A DNA stretch of 64,000 nt, from assembly GCA_029261895.1 (NCBI GenBank), contig JAJDAK010000017.1, positions 13,572 to 77,571 on the forward strand, written 5' to 3'. The notes beneath the pieces were generated by a model. The model was not told the origin of the DNA. It worked only from the letters and a program-made list of their open reading frames with translations, and made no database searches. The translations under genes and the position numbers were made by a program. Positions 18,850 to 27,968 of this stretch are shown in pieces (the first letter of the stretch is position 1; each line of letters starts with the position of its first letter). This stretch comes from Deltaproteobacteria bacterium. Its GTDB lineage: Bacteria; Myxococcota_A; UBA9160; SZUA-336.

Positions 18850-20025
18850 TCAACCTTCTTCGGCGCACTCACCCGCGCGTTCGAGAGCGATCCGTGTCGC
18901 GATGGGTCCAAGCAACTCGAAGATCACCGTTGCTGCAATCGCTACTTGAAGCACCTCTTGACCCACTTCGGGAATGCGTTCACTCACAACCAGGGCCATT
19001 CCGAGCGCGACTCCCGCTTGCGGTAAGAGAGCAATGCCCATCCAATGGCGGGTCTTTCTGTCTTCATCGACGAAGCGCCCACCGAGCTCCGCGCCAACCA
19101 GACGTCCTAGAATACGTAGTAACACGTACACGAGCAGCACTCCGCCGAGTGCACTTAACGAACCAACGTTCAGCGAAGCACCCGCGAATACAAAGAACAG
19201 AATCATGAACGGCCAGCGAATGCCCTCGATCGCATGGAAAGGCCGCCGATGATGGCGAGCGAGGTTCGCGACGGTTGCACCAAGTACCATCGAAGCGGTG
19301 AGAAAAGAAGCATCGAACCAAAGCGTGATTCCCGCGCAGAGGAAAACGCCACCCAAGGCTTCCGCCAACGTGGGCTCGCCGGGCTGAATTCGGCCGGTCA
19401 GTGCCGACATCGGTATGCCGATCGCAAGACCTATCAGTACGGCACCACCGATCTCCCACATTCCATGCAGAATCGCGTCTGCACCGGAGATACCGTTCAC
19501 GATTTCGAGACCGGCCAACAGAAGACTGAATAGAATAAGTCCCCAGGCATCGTCGACTGCGACGATCCCAAGAAGCGTGCGCGTAAAGCGTCCTTCTGCA
19601 CGGCTCTGGTACACAACATCGGCGACAGCAGCCGGAGCTGTCGCGGGTGCGATTCCGGCGAGGATCAGCGCTACCGGCCAGCTCACACCGATCACTATGA
19701 GACCGAGCCCAACCAGGATCGCCGTCATCAGAACGACCGAAATCGAAATTGCCATGACGGGCCGGCCGTGCTCCCGAAGCGCCTTGCGGGTGAGCTGGCC
19801 ACCGAGTAGAAACCCCACCATCGCAAGAGCCATGTCGGCAACAAGCGGGAACCAGTTAGTCGCTGTATCCGGCAGTAGCGCGAGCACCGAAGGACCGACG
19901 ATGAACCCGACCACGATGAGCAGCGTTACCCGAGGGAACCGCGATCGACGCGCCAAGACGTCGGCGAGCAAACCCACGAGGAGTAATCCACCGATGGTAA
20001 TTAGAAGCCGAGGTGCTGTTTCCAC
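18850..20025 (-). CDS. Cation:proton antiporter (CPA2/Na+/H+ exchanger family)
   Basis: ~12 TM; 'ATAPAA', 'VAVDDA', 'LLPQAGVALGM', 'FELLGP' motifs. Confidence 0.9.
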   Translation of the reverse strand: METAPRLLITIGGLLLVGLLADVLARRSRFPRVTLLIVVGFIVGPSVLALLPDTATNWFPLVADMALAMVGFLLGGQLTRKALREHGRPVMAISISVVLMTAILVGLGLIVIGVSWPVALILAGIAPATAPAAVADVVYQSRAEGRFTRTLLGIVAVDDAWGLILFSLLLAGLEIVNGISGADAILHGMWEIGGAVLIGLAIGIPMSALTGRIQPGEPTLAEALGGVFLCAGITLWFDASFLTASMVLGATVANLARHHRRPFHAIEGIRWPFMILFFVFAGASLNVGSLSALGGVLLVYVLLRILGRLVGAELGGRFVDEDRKTRHWMGIALLPQAGVALGMALVVSERIPEVGQEVLQVAIAATVIFELLGPIATRIALERAGECAEEG

Positions 20026-20044
20026 TTTTAGTGCTGAACGCGCA

Positions 20045-20638
20045 TCAAGTCCAGAGCTCGAGCGGCGCTTGGTTTACGACGGTGCGAAGGATGTCGCTAC
20101 GCGTAACGATTCCGACCAGTTCTTCGTGTTCGCTGACGATCGGCATAGCTCCGATGCGCTCTTCGAGGAGGGTGCGCGCGATCTCCCGGATGGCGGTTTG
20201 TGGTAGAGCGGTGAGCACATGGGTGGCCATGACCTGGTCAACGCGTCTAAGGCCGAGGTGCTCGAGGTTGGATGCTTCGACCAAGAGATCGCGGTCGGAC
20301 AGGATGCCGACCGGCTTGCCCTCCGCCGATACCACAGGCACATGCCGGAAGCGCTTCTCGCGAATGAGCTCCCATGCTTCTCGTAGCGAGGCGGATGGAT
20401 GCAGCGTCACCAACGGGGACGACATAATTTGAGATGCCACAATCGCAGGCTCGCGCTCGGCAGCGAGGTCGCGCGTATGCTTATAGCTGGCACGCGCTCG
20501 ATCTTCCGCGTGCGGCTCGTGTGTGCGGGCGGCAACCTTCCGTAGCGGCTTTATCGCCGCAACCCCCTCCACACGACGCCGAATGGCCCCGGGTTCATAG
20601 ATACTGCGAGTTCCCTGCGGATCGTAGATATTGAACAC
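20045..20638 (-). CDS. CBS-domain protein
   Basis: Two CBS repeats (RHVPVV..GILSDRD; GAMPIV..GIVTRSD); 20 bp upstream of the antiporter. Confidence 0.88.
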   Translation of the reverse strand: MFNIYDPQGTRSIYEPGAIRRRVEGVAAIKPLRKVAARTHEPHAEDRARASYKHTRDLAAEREPAIVASQIMSSPLVTLHPSASLREAWELIREKRFRHVPVVSAEGKPVGILSDRDLLVEASNLEHLGLRRVDQVMATHVLTALPQTAIREIARTLLEERIGAMPIVSEHEELVGIVTRSDILRTVVNQAPLELWT

Positions 20639-20693
20639 GCGAAAAGAATAGCAACCAGGCTGGGATTTGGTCCGATGTTTCGGGTCCGTGGAA

Positions 20694-21092
20694 TCAGCGC
20701 CATGATCCGGAAACGAACTGCAATCCCGAGAGCAGACGAATCAAGTATCCCAAAGGGCCTAAAACGCTACGAGGACCGCCGCGCGCTCGTGTCGGTTCGC
20801 ATGAGTCAAGGAACGTAGGCGCAGACCGCATCAGCGCGACGAGCCAAGCATCGCGCTTGGAACCGAAACTGTAGAAGCGCCGTGCATCCGGCCCACCGCC
20901 CGGCAAGGCGTCCAACTCCGCCCGTTCCTCATCCGTCTTGCGACGCTTGAGTTGCCAGGTTCGGCGCTGACACGCGGAGCACTTGCTGTACGTGTATGTC
21001 TCCGAACCCTTGCCCATGGCGCCGCCTGCATCCCAGAGGTCACGCTTGAGCCCACATGGACATTCAATCAAGTAGTTGCGTATGCCCCCCAC
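20694..21092 (-). CDS. Hypothetical protein with possible Zn-ribbon (CPCG..CSAC); may be a fragment
   Basis: Cys pairs; no clear family. Confidence 0.3.
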   Translation of the reverse strand: MGGIRNYLIECPCGLKRDLWDAGGAMGKGSETYTYSKCSACQRRTWQLKRRKTDEERAELDALPGGGPDARRFYSFGSKRDAWLVALMRSAPTFLDSCEPTRARGGPRSVLGPLGYLIRLLSGLQFVSGSWR

Positions 21093-21373
21093 GGTTCACT
21101 GACTCAGCCTCAAAAGCTCGGCCCATGGATTCCATCGTCACGTGTGGGTATGCGTCTGAAATCTTTATCGGAACCGCGATCAGTGGCGTACGTGCGCAGT
21201 CGACCTCCTGAATTCCGTTTCGTGTCAATACCCATCCCGTCAGCTAACGGATACATAGACATAGAAATTATGTCTACACATTAATGAGACGACTCCCGAT
21301 AAAGACGAACGAGATCGGTCAATTTTTCTGCGCGTTGTTGCTAGCAGACCTCGCGCCATACTGGGAGGTTTTA

Positions 21374-21748
21374 GTGGGCGCTCAAAGGACAATACTGGTT
21401 GTAGACGACAGCAAGACCGCTCGCCTCATGACTTGTGCGATCCTTCTCCAAGTCCGGCCTGACTGGGTGATTGTGGATGCATGCAACGGCGAGGACGCAC
21501 TCGCCAAGTTGGAGTCGATGGAGATTGAGGCGGCATTGCTCGATCTGAACATGCCTGGAATTGACGGTATCGAGCTTGGTAGCCAACTACGAGACCGCTT
21601 TCCGAACGCACACATCGGCATTCTCACGGCAAATATTCAGAAGAAGGTTGAAGAACGTGCAGCAAGTCTCGGTTTTCAATTCCTCGGCAAACCTGTAACC
21701 AAAGAAGTAATCAAATCCTTCGCAGCGGAAGCTGATAAGCATGAGTAA
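21374..21748 (+). CDS. Single-domain response regulator (CheY-like)
   Basis: GGGAGG RBS before GTG 21374; VVDDS, LLDLNMP, TA and KP receiver motifs. Confidence 0.9.
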   Translation: MGAQRTILVVDDSKTARLMTCAILLQVRPDWVIVDACNGEDALAKLESMEIEAALLDLNMPGIDGIELGSQLRDRFPNAHIGILTANIQKKVEERAASLGFQFLGKPVTKEVIKSFAAEADKHE

Positions 21749-22364
21749 CCTAACCGAGGATCAGCGCGATCTAATCGGCGAGCTGGTTAATCTGGGCATA
21801 GGGCGGGGAGCTCGTAGCTTAAGTGAGATGACCAACGAGGAAGTGATGCTCTCGGTGCCATGTGTTGATCTCAGGACTCGCAGCAACGCCGCAGCCGATC
21901 TCGAGACTGCACTATCCCCTCAGATCGTAGCCATTAGGCAGGAGTTTTCAGGTGCGTTCGCCGGCGACGCGATCCTACTTTTTCCGCAATCAGCCAGTGT
22001 TGAATTGATCCGTGTACTCTTAGCAAATAACCCTGCACTCGAGGCCATGACCGAACTCGAGCAAGAGGCTCTGTCCGAGGTCGGAAACGTAATCCTAAAC
22101 GCCTGCCTCAGCTCCTTTGGCGATATGCTAGAAGTCGAACTCTCTACTGCGCTACCCGTGGAGCATAGGGGTAGCCCCGAGGAAGCACTCGAGAGTGCAA
22201 GCTGTGGTGCGACTAACGACGATGCGGTGCTCTATATCTCGATCGACTTCTCGCTGCAGGGACGACAGATCAAAGGTTACGTCGTTTTCGTATTAGGCGT
22301 AGGCTCGCTGAAAAGCTTCCAGGAACACGTTGATCGCTATCTTGAGCGCATGTCTGTCTCCTAG
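21741..22364 (+). CDS. CheC-family phosphatase
   Basis: Two ExxN motifs ('ELVNLGIG', 'EVGNVILNA'); 'SVP.V' motif. Confidence 0.85.
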   Translation: MSNLTEDQRDLIGELVNLGIGRGARSLSEMTNEEVMLSVPCVDLRTRSNAAADLETALSPQIVAIRQEFSGAFAGDAILLFPQSASVELIRVLLANNPALEAMTELEQEALSEVGNVILNACLSSFGDMLEVELSTALPVEHRGSPEEALESASCGATNDDAVLYISIDFSLQGRQIKGYVVFVLGVGSLKSFQEHVDRYLERMSVS

Positions 22365-22366
22365 TC

Positions 22367-23611
22367 ATGTTACGAGTACCTCATAAAACCCACGCGACGA
22401 GTCTAGAAAACGCGGGTAGCCAAAATAAAGTAAGGCTCCTGGAGGGCGTCCTGGATGCGGCGGAGCTGGGGCTAATCGCTATCGCGCCCGATGGGAGAAT
22501 CGCCGTATGGAATCGCTGGATAGCGCGTGCGTCAAGCATCCCTAGCAAGCAAGCGAGTGGGAAACGGCTCGAGCGACTCTTTCCTGAAATCGTGAATACG
22601 CGTCTTGAAACAGCCGTCACGGCGGCTCTTACGCGGGGGCAGTCGTCTTCTTTATCGCACGCCTTTGCAGCCACGAGCTTGCCGCTGGTCTGTGATCACC
22701 AGGACCGTGCGGCATTTAGCCGAATGCAGCAATCAATCCGCGTAGAGCCAATCAATATCGGGGACGGGCAACGCCACTGTCTAGTACATATCACCGATGT
22801 TACCGCGATCGTTCAACGAGAGCGGGTGCTGCAAGAGAAAGCGAAGCGTTGCCAGGAGCTCGCGGATGTCGTCGAGGCTCGCGCCCAGGAGCTGACAAAA
22901 TCCAACGAAGCGCTTGGCGACTTTTCTTATATTGTGGCACATGACCTTAAGGAGCCGCTCCGGGGCATGCGCATGTACGCTCAGTGTCTGAGCGACGACT
23001 ACGCCGATCGGCTAGGCGACTCCGGACTAGAGCAGCTCCAGCAAATTGACAACCAAGGAGCGCGTCTCCAGGATCTGATTGACGCGCTGCTGGAGTTCTC
23101 GCAAGTCGGTTGCGTTGACCTGGCACTCGGCGAGACGTCGATTCAGGGGATTGTAGACGAAGTCCTCCAGTCGCTTCGCGCATCGCTAGAAGAAAAGGGA
23201 GTCAGCGTACGCATTCCTGAAGAACTACCGAACGTGTACTGTGATCATATACGGATCGCCGAGGTGTTCCGAAACCTAATTACGAACGCTCTCAAATACA
23301 ATGATAAAGATGACCCTTGGATCGAACTAAGCTGGCACCATGCTAGCAATCTCAAAGGTGGGGTGGATGACGACGCGGCCATCGTATTCTCTGCACGTGA
23401 CAACGGGATTGGGATCGATGAGAAACATCTCGAGTCTGTCTTTGGAGTTTTCAAACGCTTGCACGAGCGTGAAGCCTTTGGGGGCGGCACCGGTGTGGGG
23501 CTTGCGATTGTAAAGAAGATCGTTGAGCGACACGGAGGCCGAATCTGGGTTGAGTCCGAGCACGGTGTTGGAAGCTGCTTCCATTTCTCGCTTCCAATGA
23601 AAGACAAGTGA
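22367..23611 (+). CDS. PAS sensor histidine kinase
   Basis: PAS; H-box 'VAHDLKEPLR'; N, G1 (DNGIGI), F and G2 (GTGVGL) boxes. Confidence 0.92.
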   Translation: MLRVPHKTHATSLENAGSQNKVRLLEGVLDAAELGLIAIAPDGRIAVWNRWIARASSIPSKQASGKRLERLFPEIVNTRLETAVTAALTRGQSSSLSHAFAATSLPLVCDHQDRAAFSRMQQSIRVEPINIGDGQRHCLVHITDVTAIVQRERVLQEKAKRCQELADVVEARAQELTKSNEALGDFSYIVAHDLKEPLRGMRMYAQCLSDDYADRLGDSGLEQLQQIDNQGARLQDLIDALLEFSQVGCVDLALGETSIQGIVDEVLQSLRASLEEKGVSVRIPEELPNVYCDHIRIAEVFRNLITNALKYNDKDDPWIELSWHHASNLKGGVDDDAAIVFSARDNGIGIDEKHLESVFGVFKRLHEREAFGGGTGVGLAIVKKIVERHGGRIWVESEHGVGSCFHFSLPMKDK

Positions 23612-23671
23612 ACCGTGGAACTCCGCCCTTGAACGCGGAACAGCTAATTAAGCTTAACGCGATTCAAGAAG

Positions 23672-24058
23672 TCAGCGAACAGCGGCGTTGCGAACGAAAT
23701 CAAAGCTAGCGACGATTCCCGCCACGGTCTCGCCATTGTAAACCAGCACGCGGTGAACACGTGCCTCGACCATCCTCTGAGCGACCGTCGTAATATCATC
23801 GTCTACGGATGCCCAAATCACGTCTGGTGTCATGATCTCCCAGACACGCGTATCTCGCTTGAATAGCTTGGAGTCCTCACTGAAGCGGCGAATCACGTCA
23901 GTCTTGGAGACGATTCCCATGAGCTCTCCGTCCGCGCTGAGTACCGGAACACCACTAATACACTTGGACGTCAGCAGATCCTCAAGAACGTCCAAGGTCG
24001 CATCGAATAGAATCGAAATAACATCCGTATTCATGATCTCAGAAATCTTCATCGACAA
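23672..24058 (-). CDS. CBS-domain protein
   Basis: 'ISGVPV..GIVSKTD' and 'VHRVLV..GIVASFD' repeats. Confidence 0.85.
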   Translation of the reverse strand: MSMKISEIMNTDVISILFDATLDVLEDLLTSKCISGVPVLSADGELMGIVSKTDVIRRFSEDSKLFKRDTRVWEIMTPDVIWASVDDDITTVAQRMVEARVHRVLVYNGETVAGIVASFDFVRNAAVR

Positions 24059-25634
24059 ATCCGTCTCCCTTCGTCTCTAACCAACGACCGAGAACTTCGG
24101 CTAGCTCTTCCTTGCGTATTGGCTTGGTCAGGTAGTCATCCATACCGGCTTCTATACAGCGTTCGCGATCCCCTTCAAGTGCGTTGGCCGTTAGCGCGAT
24201 GATCGGCATTCGCGCATCTCCGTCTTCGACGTCTCGAATTGCCCTTGTCGCTTCAAACCCATCCATTCGAGGCATCTGGCAGTCCATCAGTACAACGTCG
24301 TAGATATCTCGTTGAAGGATCTCGACTGCCTCTACTCCATCGTTCGCGGTATCAACTCTACAGCCAAGCTTTTCAAGCAGCCGCCTCGCAACCAACTGAT
24401 TGACTGCGTTGTCCTCGACGAGCAGGACACGGTATCCCTCCAGTGAAGTCTTTTCAAAGTGTGTATCATTTTCGCTTAAGAACACGATCTCAGGTCGTTG
24501 ATCCAGCTGCAACGGAAGCACGAGTCGGAATGTCGAGCCCACATCTTCTGTACTTTCGAGGCTTATCTCACCTCCCATCAGCCGCGTAAGCTGCTCCGAG
24601 ATCGCGAGGCCCAAGCCGGTCCCGCCGTACTTTCGAGTCGTAGATGAATCTGCCTGTATGAACTTTCCGAAGATCGAACCGATCTGATCCTCGGGGATAC
24701 CGATTCCGGTATCGATGACGCTAAGGTGAATAAGGGCATAGTCAGCATCTCGATTTTCGCAGTGCACTCGAAGTCGGACCTCGCCCTCACTCGTGAACTT
24801 GATTGCGTTGGACATGAGATTCATAAGAACCTGCCCTAGCCGTCCCGGATCCCCGATGACGCGTATCGGAATATCAGCATCCATATCCAAGCGAAGTCCG
24901 ATGCCTTTCTCCGACGCCTTTGGGTGAAGAAGATGGATGACGCTTTGAGCACTGTCTTTGAGATTGAATGCGATCTTTTCAATCGAAAGCATCCCCGCTT
25001 CAATCTTGGAAAAGTCGAGAATGTCATTCAGGATCGTAAGAAGTGATTCACCTGAAGTACGGATCGTGTTGATATAGCCGGTCTGAACATCCGTGAGCTC
25101 GGTGTCCGTTAGGAGATCCGCAACACCGAGTACACCGTTCAAGGGGGTTCGAATCTCATGGCTCATGTTGGCAAGAAATTCGGACTTCGCTTGATTGGCT
25201 CCCCTCGCCTGATCGAGGGCGTTGTACAACTCCTGCTCAGTGTACTTTCGATCTGTCGCATCTTGCAGAGTCATGATAAAGCCCGAAATTTCGCCGCTTG
25301 TGTCGCGGATCGGACTCAGCAGGGCGTGGGTCCAGCGGCTCACCCCATCGTCACCTCGAATCCGGAAATCCGCCGCAAAATCGCGACCCTGAGATTGAGC
25401 TAGGTTGACCTCTTCCTGGACCCATGGTCGGTCCTCGGGAATAAGGATCGAGTGCCATAGAATCCCGATACTCTCAGTCTCCCGTAGACCCGTCATCTTG
25501 CACCACATGCCGTTTACATAGACGCAGCAACCGTCTAGGTCCGTCCGAATCAGCGCGATCGGTAGAATCTCGCAGAGAGTCTTCGCTCGGTCCCCCTCGC
25601 TTACGGATTCGCGATTCTTGGAGCTTGAAGTCAC
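24039..25634 (-). CDS. Hybrid PAS-histidine kinase-receiver protein
   Basis: 'FLANMSHEIRTPLNG', 'TTRKYGGTGLGL'; receiver 'LMDCQMPRMDG..KP'. Confidence 0.94.
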   Translation of the reverse strand: MTSSSKNRESVSEGDRAKTLCEILPIALIRTDLDGCCVYVNGMWCKMTGLRETESIGILWHSILIPEDRPWVQEEVNLAQSQGRDFAADFRIRGDDGVSRWTHALLSPIRDTSGEISGFIMTLQDATDRKYTEQELYNALDQARGANQAKSEFLANMSHEIRTPLNGVLGVADLLTDTELTDVQTGYINTIRTSGESLLTILNDILDFSKIEAGMLSIEKIAFNLKDSAQSVIHLLHPKASEKGIGLRLDMDADIPIRVIGDPGRLGQVLMNLMSNAIKFTSEGEVRLRVHCENRDADYALIHLSVIDTGIGIPEDQIGSIFGKFIQADSSTTRKYGGTGLGLAISEQLTRLMGGEISLESTEDVGSTFRLVLPLQLDQRPEIVFLSENDTHFEKTSLEGYRVLLVEDNAVNQLVARRLLEKLGCRVDTANDGVEAVEILQRDIYDVVLMDCQMPRMDGFEATRAIRDVEDGDARMPIIALTANALEGDRERCIEAGMDDYLTKPIRKEELAEVLGRWLETKGDGFVDEDF

Positions 25635-26014
25635 TAACGATCCCCGTTCACACCTAGATACTTCCTATTGCGGCAGCATCATGCATGAGGTTGACTTGCA
25701 AGACACTTTTTAGTGACAGGTCAAGACGAGAACGGTCGCGTAAGACACAACCGACACCAATAAGTGTTAGATGGAACCAACAGACATGGGAGAGCTGGGA
25801 CTATCGTGCTTTCTGAATCGTCCGCATTAGCGGGCCCGTGGATCATGATTCGAGCAGACCAAGGCCGCCGCGAGTACCACATTGCTGCGCTGATTTCGCC
25901 AGCGTCGCTGAACTGGCCCACCAATCGGTAGCGGGTGGTTTACGTCTCGATCGCGTGATAGACTGGTTGGGCTCTTGTCGGTGCAACGCAACGGGGAATC
26001 GGTAGGTCCTGCTT

Positions 26015-27090
26015 TTGACACTGCGTACAACTACATATTCGAACGTAGCGGCGCTGCTTTCCGCAGTGCTTTTTTGCGTACCGGCGGCAAATGCCGTCGA
26101 GTACCGTTTCTATCATTCAGATCCACTCGGTTCGAATGTTGTCGTGACCGATCGCAGTGGGCAGGTAATACAGCGCACTGCGCATACACCGTATGGTGAG
26201 CTTCGCTCCGTCGTTGATGGATCGGGGCAATCGATCGTCGCTGAAGCGGATCAGGCGCGGCACCTCTTCACCGGCCAGGAGTACGAACCAGAGAGCGGTC
26301 TGCACTACTTCGGAGCCAGACACTACGACCCGTTCATCGGACGCTTCCTGTCGGTCGATCCACTCGTGCTCAGCGATCAGGGTCCCAAAGCCTTTGGTGA
26401 TGCACCAGGAAGCTTCAATACGCATGCTTATGCGTTCGGACGACCAACGGTATTCATCGATCCCACTGGTGAACAGGCCGTCGTGCCACCCGTTTGCGGT
26501 CCGCTCTGTGCCGTTCTAAGTGGTCTCTCTCTAGTCGTGGGCGGACTGTTGGCCAAAACGGTCCACCCGATATTCCTGATTTACCAGCTATTGGAGATGC
26601 CGGCTCGCCGTCCTCGCCTGCACCTTCGCCCACGCCCGACCGAACACCGGGCCCAGACTCGCTACCCGAACCAAGGCCTACTCACACACTCAGCTCCATT
26701 CTAATCCCATCGGGGACCGATGCGTTTCAACCGATGCAACGTGGGATTAAACGAGTCAGTGGTTCGGGACTTCGCGTCGACAGCGATATCGTATTTACGG
26801 GAGAGATGACGCTCGAAGGCGATAGGTTGGTCGTAAAAATTTTCAATCTCGGTGTCTTCCAAAAGAGCTCGGGTAACGTATTTAGGTTCATTCGTGGACT
26901 TGAAAAAGGCGCCCGTAGCCTCGGCGCGAAAGAGCTAACGATCAAGGGATTTGACGTTCAGAATGATTCATTCTTGAGAAGCACCGAGGCTCTTGCCAAG
27001 CGCTTTGGCTTCGACGTGATCGAAAATACTTCCGGCCAGATCTTGGAACGAACTCTCATCAACATGACGATCCAGAAAACGCTCAACTGA
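26015..27090 (+). pseudogene. Signal peptide + Rhs-associated core + variable C-terminal domain (mini-Rhs 1), frameshifted at ~26550
   Basis: ANA-VEYRFYHSDPLGS..TPYGE..FTGQEYE.ESGLHYFGARHYDP..GRFLSVDP..PTVFIDPTG; the C-terminus continues in ORF 26494-27090. Confidence 0.78.
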
Positions 27091-27313
27091 ACCTTTAAGC
27101 ATCCGCCATATTCATATGCGCTCCACCAAGACCGCCTGTCTTGCACGGGGCCTAGCCCAACGTGTGGCGGATCTTCATAACGCAGTAGTTTCACTCGAGC
27201 GGATGAAGCCGCGCAAGTTCAACGCAGACACTCAGGTTGCAACGCTGATTTAGAAGAAGTCGTTACAACGACGCTTCGCACTATCGTAAATCGTGCTCTT
27301 TCTGACAGGGCGC

Positions 27314-27814
27314 TCAGCGATAGTTGCCGAAGCTGAGCTCGATGCCCCAATCACCGGCGCGCAGGAAAGCCATGACCTCTTGCAGCGAGTCCCGGGAAGC
27401 ACTGGAAACGCGCAGCTGATCGCCTTGGATCGCCATCTGCACCTTCTTGAACTTCTCATTCTTGAAGGCTTTGACGATAATCTTTGCGGTGTCGCTCGAG
27501 ATCCCCTGCGAGAGCGTGATGGTGCGCTTCATGCGGCTCGGCCCAGAGGGCTCGTTCTCGGGAATCACCAGGTTCTTGAGGGGCACCTTGCGTTTGGTCA
27601 TCTTGTTTTTGAGCACGTCAAGTAGTGCATCCATGCGAAAGGCATCATCGGCTTCGAGCGCTATCGTGGCCTTTTCGCGATCCAGCTCGAGCTTACAATC
27701 GCTGCCCTTGAAGTCATAGCGCTGCGCAATTTCTTTCTTGGCCTGGTTGACCGCGTTGTCGACCTCTTGCAAATCGACCCCGGTCGTCACATCAAAGGAA
27801 AGCTGTTCTGCCAC
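27314..27814 (-). CDS. yajQ: YajQ family nucleotide/c-di-GMP-binding protein
   Basis: 'SFDV...VDLQEVDNAVNQAKKEI..RYDFKGS', 'IQGDQLRVS...RD.LQ', C-terminal 'F.NYR'. Confidence 0.95.
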   Translation of the reverse strand: MAEQLSFDVTTGVDLQEVDNAVNQAKKEIAQRYDFKGSDCKLELDREKATIALEADDAFRMDALLDVLKNKMTKRKVPLKNLVIPENEPSGPSRMKRTITLSQGISSDTAKIIVKAFKNEKFKKVQMAIQGDQLRVSSASRDSLQEVMAFLRAGDWGIELSFGNYR

Positions 27815-27968
27815 TGTGCTTAGCTCTTTTGCTTCATCAAAGGGTACGCTCCGTTCCGATGCCTGATGATAGCGTCATCTCCGCATTTTCAAACGCCCAC
27901 CATGTCCCGAGACCGGAGCACGAGCCCGAAAGTCACTTGATAGGAGCGACTAGTATATAAAAGGTGGT

